The notes beneath the pieces are model-generated. The model had not been told where the DNA came from. It was given only the letters and a program-made list of their open reading frames with translations, and searched no databases. The position numbers were made by a program, and so were the translations under genes. From positions 85,127 through 149,126 of the forward strand of contig DF237146.1 of the NCBI GenBank assembly GCA_000708835.1: 64,000 nt of DNA, read 5' to 3'. Shown here one piece after another: positions 1 through 11,400 of the stretch. Numbering within the stretch: the stretch's first letter is position 1; the number at the start of each line of letters is the position of its first letter. The stretch is from Klebsormidium nitens. Lineage: Eukaryota > Plantae > Klebsormidiophyceae.

Positions 1-155
1 GCGTGATAAGCCCATTTTTGGGTGCTTTGCTGCTCACCACAAATGCTCAAATTGAACGACCGCCGCTCCGTCTCAATTCATGCAGGCATCAATGCAGCGC
101 AAGAGACGGGACCCCCGCCTGCGCGTCTTCCAGCCCCCCGCTTCCTCCCCCTCCC

Positions 156-565
156 NNNNNNNNNNNNNNNNNNNNNNNNNNNNNNNNNNNNNNNNNNNNN
201 NNNNNNNNNNNNNNNNNNNNNNNNNNNNNNNNNNNNNNNNNNNNNNNNNNNNNNNNNNNNNNNNNNNNNNNNNNNNNNNNNNNNNNNNNNNNNNNNNNNN
301 NNNNNNNNNNNNNNNNNNNNNNNNNNNNNNNNNNNNNNNNNNNNNNNNNNNNNNNNNNNNNNNNNNNNNNNNNNNNNNNNNNNNNNNNNNNNNNNNNNNN
401 NNNNNNNNNNNNNNNNNNNNNNNNNNNNNNNNNNNNNNNNNNNNNNNNNNNNNNNNNNNNNNNNNNNNNNNNNNNNNNNNNNNNNNNNNNNNNNNNNNNN
501 NNNNNNNNNNNNNNNNNNNNNNNNNNNNNNNNNNNNNNNNNNNNNNNNNNNNNNNNNNNNNNNNN
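156..565. other. Assembly gap (410 N)
   Basis: Run of N inside a C-rich, probably Pro-coding exon. Confidence 1.
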
Positions 566-1858
566 CCCATTTCGGGGGGCCGCTCCAGCCAGAGCTCCGT
601 CGCCCCCGGGGCCGGGGCTGCGTCACCAGGACGATGATCTGCCGGACGTAGAGCTGCCACACCTGGGATCGTACCAGCCGGTGAGCAAACCTGACGAACA
701 CTCCCGTTCAGGCGGTTAGTCTCAGTTAAAAGAGAGACTCGTTAGAGCAAATTGTTGCAAAGTTTGCAAGCGCAATGGGAGACTGAGGCCGGACTGACCT
801 TCCAAGCAAAGCGTTGATTATAAGATTCGGCAATAGTCTGCACTGTCAAAATTGGCTCAAGAAGCATGAGCGTGTGGACCGTCGGAGCGCATCAGAAGGA
901 GCGCCGCAAGTGAATCCCGCTCAGGCAAGGAGGGACTCCAGAACCGCACAGCCGTCCAATCTTTTCTCAAAGGGTTCAATGCATCGGCCAGATTGAGAGC
1001 GATTCAGCATCGTCAATCTCAAATTCATCGAACGTATTGAAAATGTGGCCGGCCACATTGTGTGCATGTTCGCTGGCGCAGACCACTTCAAGCTTTCTGT
1101 GCAAACTGAAGCATTCGATCGTTATTTTCATCGAATGGCCTTGCGATTCGAGAGGCGCCGACAATTATGCGGCGCACCTCCTGGCATGCAGTATCTTGCT
1201 TCTTAAGTGTTGCCTTAGCAAAGTCACGAACCTGAATCGCACAGTAAAGTCAAGCATTAGATCTACAGACCCTACATACTTTCAAGCTCGTCTCCATAGC
1301 CCGACACTTTAAGCGAAGCATCCCCTGCACGTGGGTCGAGCTAGGAGACAAAGTTGGTGCATCGGAAACGGACCCTCAGACTGGCACTCACGGTGCGTTC
1401 CTATGTTGCAGCTACGGCCGGCTCCCCGGCCTCCTGGAATCCTACCTCCTTTACCCCGGGGGCCTCCTCCAGCCCATGTTCAACCCCCCTTCCCGTACAT
1501 GGGCCACACGCCCCCTCGGGGCCCACTCCCGCCCCTTCCGCCGGGCCCCCCTCCGCCCCACTTTCAGCAGATCGAGGGGCGGCCCGGCCCAGCGCCGTAC
1601 CTGCCCCCACCCCCTCCCTTTCATGGGCCGTCCTCGACCCTAGGTGGAGCGCCGCAAAGGGGTCCTGAAAACAACAGAGGGCGGCGGAGACGGGGGGGAC
1701 GGAACCGGAAGCAAGGACCGGTTCTTGGAGGGGACCAGATGGGAGAGCGGGGGATGGCGCAGTGGCTGCAGGAAGAAGCGGGATCGGACTCGGATGGGGG
1801 AGGGGGCGAGCATGACGAGGCATTGGGCGAATGGCAGCCCCCTGGTAACGAGCGGTGA
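566..1858 (+). CDS. 3' part of a proline-rich protein with a basic RGRRRRGG patch (unknown function; 5' part lost in the gap or off-window)
   Basis: Exon ending 680 at CCG|gtgagc and terminal exon 1412-1858 after ctatgttgcag join in phase 0: ...HLGSYQP|LRPAPRPPGILPPLPRGPPP...GNER*. Confidence 0.55.
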
Positions 1859-3161
1859 AGTGCGCCAGGAAACGTGCGAGCACAGCACATGTATTGTAAA
1901 GATGCGATTTTAGCCATTTGGGAGGAATGGTCCGTGAAGAAGACTATAGATAGATTTTTAGCGTCTGTGAATGTCAGAAAGTCTTGTCCTTGAAAACCGG
2001 TCTTAGACAAACGGTTATTGGATACACTTGGTAGCTCGAAGTGTTTGAAAACCTAGAAAAGCAGCGATCTACCCACGGTCTTTGAGATCCGTTGGGCGTT
2101 TAAGCCAGGATCTGGCACCCCCGGCCTGCCGAGAAGCGGCACCAAAATCACGTGTATTGCATGCATGATACCAGCTTGGACAACGGTCACGTCCAGCCCA
2201 CAAACTAAGGCTGTGCAACATTATGAAAAATTAACCACTCATATGCATGAGTGAGTTACGGCCTCGGCCGGAATTCGGCTGCGTACATCTGGCAAGCATT
2301 GAAGGCCGCCTACCAGAGCAGTGACTTGCGGCAACGGTGATGACCTGGGATTGGCCATGAGGCTGCCGGCTAGCGGTGGGGGCGCCGCGCGCGGCCCTGC
2401 CGACGTACTGCATGTGCATATACGGGAACTTGAGCTGCATACAAGTATACAACAACGTCGGGCGTGACCGGCGCGGCCCGGCCCGCCCGCGTTCCTGATG
2501 TGGTATTAAAGTTTGAGAAGCTATATGCATGCCACTGGGATGCCAGAACGAGCCATTTGATCCGATCCAATCGTGTGCAATGGAAGCCCGAGTCGGACTC
2601 ATGTATAATGTGCATATACGCCCGCCGGAGCTAGAGATCTTACACAGCAGTCGACAGCGGCTACGCGCCGGTACCACCATGCATACGTATCATGTCAGTA
2701 TCATGCATATGTCACATATACAGTGATCGGACTCCGACGTATCAATGAATGTCAAATATCATCTATTGTAAAGGCTTTTACAATATATCTAGCTCGAATA
2801 TATAGCTAGTATACGCATGCGTTCGGACTAGCTGTCTAAGTTCGTATATAGGCATTCAATTCATCAACCTACTAGTAAGTCACAGTCGGAACGTATACTG
2901 TGAGTCCTGGGCAGCGGGGACCCATTGACACCATCATGTACACTATTTAGTATAAACATACACCATGAATGAATATGTTCATGTGTCAGTCACACTGCGC
3001 AATGCACCGAAAATCTAATTATATATGTGTCTAGCTGCATGCACCAACTTGGCAAGCAGCCGCCCGCCAAGGTCTTTTTGCCAAATCGATCGACCGTACG
3101 TGAGACGCCGCTCAACACGATCCCCAGATCATTCACGCGTGTCGTTGGGTTCGTTATAGCA

Positions 3162-6100
3162 TCAATCATGCATATTGCCCTGTGGTGCTCGCTGTCGATC
3201 CGCAATATCTGGAGTAACAATAAGTCCTGGACTTGAACTACTTACCCACAGAGCATTGTAAGGCTGGGTTGGGTCACGATTCGCTGGTTCCCACCAAGTA
3301 TTACGCACTCGCCGCTTGGAAGAGGCTCTGCATGGGCTGCTTGTCCATGCCTTGCGCGTTCCAGTCTTCTTGGAGCATCTCGAATAGCGGCGGCCGCTCG
3401 GGCACATTTGCAGAGTGGTCGGTCGCCTTCTGTTGGAAGAGAAAAGGTTGGCGGGGTTAAGCAAGCTAGCGTTGAGGATCCATAGCATCGTTTCCAGCGG
3501 GCTTCTGCCTCATGCAGATTCACGTCGCAACACTCAACCGGATCTGACCAGCTCATATCTGGAGACTTGAGCTACTAACAATCCACTCCAGGCCGCAACA
3601 AAGGATAGGATATGTCCATTGTGGACCGAATAGGCGTAGCCCACGAAGTGTAGGATTATGGTTCTTTCCATGTGATTGATCACGTTGTCTCTTTTTCTCC
3701 TGTTCCATCGAGGAATGCAACAATTTCTTGGCTGGTTCCAACTGTGCGGTCATTGGAAGTTTTCAGACCTCTTTTGGAGTGGATACGACGTGCGCATCAG
3801 AAACCAACTTGCGAATTTTACGACGTAGCCTTTGCAGAGGGTCGAGCATTTTGAAACTTTTTGATGATGGATCCGAGTCACACCCGCTGGAATATCTCTT
3901 TTACAAGGGTTGGCATCTGCTTGAAGCCCATCTCATTCTAACACCATCGACGTGTTCTTTTTGAAAGTTAGCAATAACATATGACGTCACTGTGAAAAGC
4001 CTGTGGAAAGGTTTAGGAGCGGGACGCATCAAAGTCGTCGGCTTAACGACTGAAACCTACAACGAAGAACGGCTAATGAATTCCAGAAAAAACATCAACG
4101 ATCAACGGGCAGCGATCCAAAGCGACTGATTGATAACGTGTCACCAGTCAGAAAACTTTCAGAAGCCGCCACTCAGTCCCGTTGACGGTTTCGGTGCGCT
4201 TGCCTTCTGTGGCGGTGTAGGCGCCCGCCCCTCTAGTTGTGGACAGTACAGCTTCAGGTCCTGCAACCGGGGGCTATCCCCGAGCGCTACTTGCGTGAGC
4301 TGGTCGCTCCAGACCATAAGCGTTTTCAGCTCGGGGCATTTCTCCAGGTGCAGGGTAGTCATGCCCCGGGCTTGAATTAAGGCGGTGGTTAGGTTGGGGC
4401 AGAGGGACAGGTTGACACTGACGAGTGTGGGGGACTGCGGGAAGAGCAGGACAAGACTCAAAGTGTCAGTCATGATTGTGAATTCGATAACGGATCAAAG
4501 ATGCAAATGAAGTAGAAAACGGAGGAGCCCAACGCTGGAGGAGCCGAACGAAGCGAAAACAATCGATTTCAGCTACCCGTTCCGAGGACCCGTTTGCATA
4601 CCGGCAGTGAGCTTCATCTGGTGCAGTATCTGATCTGCGTCATTCTTTAACCTTGTGAATCATGTTAAGTCCTGTTGGTGGAAGTCTCACTACGACGCCT
4701 CTCAAAACTCTCGCCACTCAATCTTGAAGTGTCGCGAAGCGTACGACCAATGCCGAGCCATCAGAAAGCAATCATTTGAGGAGGGTGGGAGCGTTCAGAA
4801 AAGTAATTCTAGCAGCCTGAACTGGTGGGGTGGGTCGGGGAAATTCGAGTGGAACGTGTGCAAAGCAGACTGACTATATTGTTCTGAAAGTTGCTAAGGT
4901 AACACCAACCCCAACCCAAATCGTTACTTGCTTCGTCTATCGACCCACCCTAGACGCCCAGATCAAATCGACGAATCATTCCAGTATCCGTGAAGCTTTC
5001 TACGCTTGAAATTGAAGAGTTTTGTGAACAGCTCATCGCTCACCTGGACAAGGACGTACGACAGATTTGCGCATGCGGACAGGTCGAGGTCCGTGAGGGC
5101 GGGGAACGGCGGCGAGAGGACGACACGTGTCAGCAGAGATGAGCCGCGCAGGGACAGACGGGTCTGCAGAAAAGAAGGAGCATCACGTGCTTGTCGCCGC
5201 AAAAGTGTGCGTAAATCAGTACTCTATCTTCGTCCTTTGATTTTCAAGTAACGTAATTCTAGGTTACGAGAGCGCAATCTGCATGTGCGCCGGATGACAG
5301 GTCCGGACAGAGTACTGACGTGAGCAAGTTCGTCGCTCGTTGGACTGCCTATATGTGCGTTGCTAGCCGTGGCTTCACCTGTCTGCCCAGCAGGATTGAA
5401 TCTAAATGACGTGGTGATGAGATGACCTTAGGCGCCGTTAAAGCACCCATCTCTCATTTGGAGATGAGCCTTTCAATTTTGTTACCTCAAAATAGCATGT
5501 GCGAATGCGGGGACGGAGTCAAGTTGGTGGGTTTCAAAACCAGGGACGTTGCGGATATCGGAAGAAGATAGACAGAGCCCGTGAAAGCTCACCAGCTTAG
5601 GGCTCGCCAGCCGCACGAGCTCCGCTACGAAAGCGTCCCCCAATTTGTCGTCCCAGTGCACATGAATCTGCGGCGTCAGAGATGGGTGCACGTTCTGTCC
5701 GTTCTGAAACTTACCCAGAAGAAGAAATCCTTCTGCGCGGCGTCTACCGGCGCAAATTTGATTGTCAGATCGTTTGCCGTTGGGTTTGACTGAGCGTATG
5801 TTACTATGATTTCTTGGAACCATTGAAATTTGATAAGATAAAGGTTGAGAGAGGCCAGAGACGGTAAGGTTGGAAAAGCTTCAGGGGATTGCGCAGCTGG
5901 TAAGTACAGCCGGTAAGGAATCTGCTGAAACTAGTTCGGGAAGCTCTCCGGCTCTAAGTTCGGCGACGTAGCTGGTCTATTTTTAACACTACCCAGATTA
6001 TCCTGCTCGGTCACACGAAAGCTACCTTGCTTGGCTTTGGAAGGGACCCACAAAATCAAACGGACTTCCAGCTGGCAACTTCTCCTAGCTGACCGGTAAA

Positions 6101-7095
6101 TGCACCCATCCAGCCGGGAGTACTGCTCACTAGTTGGATTACCGCAAGGAGCGCAGCAAGGTAAGGAGCTACACGCCTTCAAGATGTAAGCGAAATGCAT
6201 TACACCGACCGAGATTTGCCTCCGAGGTCGGCGACGAGTCAGTTTTTCCCAATTTTACCTCTGTGCACGCCCCCAGGACTTGTTCCCTGAGGGCCTGCCA
6301 CGTGGGCCAGAGCGCGGGGTCGGGGAGGACGGAAACGGACCGCTCCCAACGACCGGTAGCAATTGCCTGCGCGCCAGAAAACATAAGCAGCAACAACGAC
6401 TTCAGATGTGTGGACTAAACTCTTGCGAGACGGGTCTTGCTGTTTGCAACCTGCAAGTCCGTAAGGGCAGAGCCACTCGATCTAGCTCTTTGCTTTCGAA
6501 GCTGTGGCGAACACAAGGCGCTGATACCGCACCAGCTGTGAAAGCGACTGGACTCAGGACGTCTCAGGGGTGACCATAGGATGGTTGAGCTCAACGGCCT
6601 CAGCTGTGCAAGAGCTAAGAGGAGCGGCTGGATACATGTTTATGGTTTCGAGACACACGTAGCTGGGCTGTTCTTTGCTTCATCATTTTCAATCTGGTCA
6701 AAATCAAAGAACACATGCAGATACCTTTCACCAACTCATCCTCAAGTTCGTGAAGTCATACGTAGATGTCGGACAAAACTTCGCCAGATTTGCCCAGAAG
6801 CGGAACAGACGTTTCTTTCTGATTGTGCTGAAGGGCTCTGCCCTGAGTTCGCACTCCAGGCTAAAAGAACGGCCTACTCTCGAGCAGCATTCAACAAACT
6901 CAATCGACCTCAGCTTTTCAAGCATGTCCGCTCACAGAAGGTGTCCTCCTTCATTAACGCTTGCAAATTCCGGCGCGCTTCCAAGAGAAGCCTCACCTTT
7001 TCCCAGCCCGCGTCCCTACTCGGCTCTACGGGTTCCGCATTCTTCTTGCCTTTCTTGCCTTTCTTGCCCTTTCTCTTCTTCTCCTTTTTCGCCAT
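3162..7095 (-). CDS. Multi-exon leucine-rich-repeat protein (Cys-containing FBXL/AMN1-like repeats) with Lys-rich N-terminus
   Basis: ATG 7095 (MAKKEKKRKGKKGKKGKK). GT-AG-bounded exons at 6259-6366, 5486-5667, 5044-5163, 3309-3429 and 3162-3208, plus an exon starting at 4434. Repeats such as LTDLDLSACANL, LVSVNLSLCPNL, MTTLHLEKCPEL and LQDLKLYCPQL. Some internal junctions (around 5486 and 6700-6930) are unresolved. Confidence 0.7.
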
Positions 7096-8455
7096 CCTTT
7101 TGAGTGTACAATAGCACGAACGGTTACCTCCAGATTGAGCAATCAAAAGGAGAAGAATTCTAATAGTATATCTTGCTCAGTTGGAAAGTTCAGTGATGCA
7201 AACTCGAATGCTCCTACGTTGAATCTTGAAGCAACTTCGTCACGGTGTGTCTCATGGCGCCTAGCGATTCCATCTTGGATGACACCCGGTGCTCTCAAGC
7301 TGTACGGTGTAGTATACGGCTGGTCCACCAGAACGAGAGCAGATCGACTGCCGTTACTAGAGGGCCGTTAGTGGGCTTGAAAGTCACACTGTCACACTAT
7401 GACACTATCTGAAATTGGTTATGGATGATAAATCAAGATAGATTCAGGGCGCTTTGCGGCGCATTCATCTGTAGCAGCTTTATGCGCCGACTAGCTACCA
7501 TGTTCTGATCTAGTAGCTCCCGAATGGGCGTGCTGGCGAAACGAGCGCAGGAAGCTAGCGACAGGTCACAGTAGGCCCTTCAACCGTGTGAAACCCAAAT
7601 ATAGGTACTGCCATAAGGGGGTCGTTCAACGGAAGATCCGATGCAACCGCTCCTTTTGTAAACACGAATGCCGACGCTCTGAGCAGGCGGCCCTTTCCAG
7701 TCGTCGGTGAATGATCACGTCATCGTACCACTTTTGAGCGACGTCTTATATGACGTCAGGCTCGTCCCGGGCGCAGTTAGCAGACCCACGTGCCCTTGCC
7801 AAATCACTGCCGAGCCACGAGGCAGTTCCACGTGTCAATTGCGACCTCGTCGGACATTCGAATATTCGCATTCTGCAGCTGTGCCGTCTGCATGTTGCTC
7901 AATGATGCTTTTGCGGCCCGGGATTTGATCCTGATTTGCGCACACCGCAGCCAGACTGGGTATAATATGAAGTGATCAGCAAAACAGACTGGAACGTAGA
8001 GAAGCAAGGTGGTGCTAGCCAGCTTGCCCCTGGCTGTAGGCAGGGGCGGCTGCCGCTACGTAGGCACTGTTGAAGCAGAGCGTCTTTTTGGCTGCATTGG
8101 GGTTTCTCTGATTGATGTAACCTTCCGGAGCCCATCTTGGTAAGCACTCACATTGATCAGAGCCGGTTCGGGAGGAGAACAGTGATGAATGCGAGCATTA
8201 TAATTGCGTCAAACTTTTGGTACAGCAGTTGTCGTTTGTCATCAATAGGGGCTCTTTGTTTTGATCTGCGCTGTCAGTGTTGCTAGATAAAGTAGATTCT
8301 GTGGATGCACGTGAGCGGAGGAGCAAGGATCTCTGAGTTAGCTAACCAAAGCAGCCTTTCAAGGAACCCTGCACTGCTCTTTGCGCTGGCTGAGCTGACA
8401 GCTGTCAGTTCCCATCAAAGTGCCCGTCATCAGTGCCGCGTGCACGTCATAAGCT

Positions 8456-11400
8456 ATGGCCCCCACCAAGCAGCTCCTGGGCCTCGCAGCTGTGCTCCTG
8501 CTGCTGAGTGTTCCGCACCTAGTTGCGCCAGTATCAGCGAGCAGCAGACTCCTGAAAGACAAAGAGTTGGCAGATGTGGCGCCGGCGCCGTCCAAGCAAA
8601 CACCACCGGCCCCTACACTAACTCCCACTTCAAACCCCGACCCCAACCCCGACCCCCTCCAGTAACCCAACATCGGGGCCTGCTGGGGTCTTTGCTAAGA
8701 CCCCCTCTGCACCCCCAAGCCCAACTCCAAAGAAAACCCCCACATCGGCGCCTGCTCCGACGCCCGCTCCGGCACCCACTGCGTTTAGTTGCAGTGTTCC
8801 GGGGGCCCCGGCAGGCTGCAATGTCACTCAGTGCTGCACCCCCCAGGGCAGGACAGCGTGAGTTGCACCCCACGTCTGTAGTATGTTGCCTTTTCAAGGA
8901 GCACTGCGGAACTTCGTTGGATTTGCTCAGCAATGCGTAATCTGAGTCGGTGTGTCCTTGTCAATCTGCATTGAGGTGGAGTGATGGCCATTGATTGGTG
9001 ATTGTTGGTGTGCCCTGCCGGCCATGACGTCGGCATCGAGTGGGTGAGGCGGCAATCAAGTGTCGGCTCAACTGATGAGAGGGACATACATCACAGCTCT
9101 GATTCGCTGGTGACCATTTGCCTTTGATGTGCCCATGCACTTCGAGAATAAGGTCATGCATACATGTACAGAGCTACAAGTTCTGTACTCAAGGAGAACA
9201 TTCGTTTGATGTCTCTTACTAGAATACAGGAGCGTTCTGTCTCTGTGTCCAGGCCCACTCTCGAGCCTGGTGGTAACTGCTCTCTTCTATGTTACAATCA
9301 CATTTTCCCGTGAGGCCCCTCAAACTCCTTGAAAAATGCCACTCACTTCCTAGTACAGCTCGGTAGCCACACGATCAGAATACAGTCACATCACTCGCAC
9401 CCGAAAAATCGCTGATCGCACTCTCCCATTATGTCGCAGTGGGGTAAGCAGTACGAACCCCCCAGGGTATGCTGTTGAGGGGGATCCCAATGTTGCACCA
9501 CCCTTCAATCCCAATACGCCCTGGCAGATTCACACTCAGATTGGAGGTAAGGCTAGGAAAGGTTGTGATGGTCCACCTAATTTGTTCCTGCTTCCTTACA
9601 TGCAGCTATGCCCCGTAAGCTCTTCAGGCTGCAGTATACTGCTGAGTCTACAGGGTTTGCGCTAATGCATATCAATCAGATAGGCTGAATTTCTTTACTC
9701 CTCCGCTATTGTGCTTGCTTGGCTCTGCAGACTTTGACCTGGCAAAGCGTTGCTTTCAGAAGCCATGTTCATTTGTCGAAAGTTTCTTACCCAGACAATT
9801 CATGGCTTTCAGCAACATCTTATGTCGATCTCTGACATGCACAGTTCCTTCTTCTAGCGTCTTACATTATGTGGCTGAAGCTTCTCAGGACGACTCTGCT
9901 GTCCATCAGTGTCCATTAGCCAATAGCTGACCTCCTATGTGCTTGCCTGAAGGCTTGATACGAAACAGAACGATCTAAAACAGAACTTTCAATCCAACCC
10001 TGTCTGCAGGCTCGGCCCCTAACACTGCTCCCCAATCAGACCTTGGTTGCACTCAAGTCCGGTACGTTTGTCAGCTTAGCGGTGCACCCTTGATCTGAAT
10101 GAAAGTTTTCTATCCTGTTCCTGTTTGCAGACTCGTCCTCAACCTCCATTACCTTCCTTTGGGCGACTGGGTCCTATGTGGCAGCCCCCTCCGCCGTTGA
10201 CCCACTGCATGTTTGCCAGACCATTCCCTACAAGATGCAGATGGCTAGTAAGTGAAACGATTTCCTTTGCTCTACAACACTGCCAGTTGAACATTAACAC
10301 CAGTGCCAGGTGCCGTATAAGCAGGCGCCACATGGCAGCAGGTTGCGCACCGAACTGCCTTCATTCTGTCTGCAAAAGTCTCGTCAACACTTCAACGTTT
10401 GTGGCGCAAGCTAAAACTTGGAATATGTAGTATGAAGGGAGGGCGAGGGCTGGGCAACGGACGAATTCTGCGCAATCACAAGGAGAACAATACTGGCAGC
10501 CCGGGAGCTCGGTCATTTCTCCGCTTGTTCAACCCCCTGACATTCCTTTGAGATTTTTGAGCAGTATGAGTGAAAGTGCGCAGAGGCTGCTGAAATATCC
10601 GCATCGCTGGATATCCATCAAAATGAGACGTTCGCCCCTGGTTAGCCATTTCCCTCTATAGACTGCTTGTTGCATCATCATCATCATTACGCCCCCTGTT
10701 CGACGACGTTGTCGCACCAGCTGATGACATCAACCGTGCTGCTGCAGATCCAACCGCTTATCCCTTCGCCACGTGTGGGCTTGTTAGCGACCCCCTTGCC
10801 ACCGCTGCGGACCCCGCAACCGGGCCGGGATCGTTCGTGTACTACAGCAGTTCGGACAGCAGTCTTCGGACGTTTAGCACGTCTGTCGCCGGCACCGCCA
10901 AGGTTTATCAGCAGGTAAGAGCGCTGAAGTCTAGAACCAAAGCTGGAAGAAGCTCAAGAGAGAACTTAAAAAGGCAATTTGCGTGTTTGGAAGTTCGGGG
11001 AGAGTTCAGGCATTGGCATCTTCTGGTCGCCGATCTAGAGTCGTATCGCGGCATGAGGTAGAGTTGCTGCGATGTGTCCAGGCATGCCGGGTTATTGAAG
11101 GGCCGCAATTTTAAGGTATGAGAATATTAAACTCGAGGTAACTTAGCGCTGGGTTAACAGCCAACTGTCGGCTTTGTGTGCAGCTCGGTGGTCTGGCTAA
11201 CCAGGCCGGCCAGCAACCCGGAAGCAACCCTGGGTCAACCTACCGTTCCCCACTGCTTCACGCAGTTACGGTCCGGGGTTTCGCACCGGGTACCACTGTT
11301 TACTACAAGGTGAGGCATTCTCTTGAAGGCCCCTACTCGTGAGACCAACTGGGCGCTGTGAAACAGCCCACGTAGCCAAATTTGAGAGAGTTTGTGGTAT

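Noticed and set aside
3-719. Long ORFs in five frames spanning the first gap
   Set aside because: Artefacts of translating through 410 N.
2159-2710. Short inverted match gcatgcatgatac / gtatcatgcatat around a GC-rich core (possible MITE)
   Set aside because: Only about 11 bp in ATGCAT-rich sequence; no TSD or second copy seen.
7143-7328. 61-aa ORF upstream of the LRR gene
   Set aside because: No motif or splice support; probably 5' UTR or promoter.
10667-10918. ORF starting with poly-His
   Set aside because: A (cat)n microsatellite in a PAP intron; the true exon uses a different frame.
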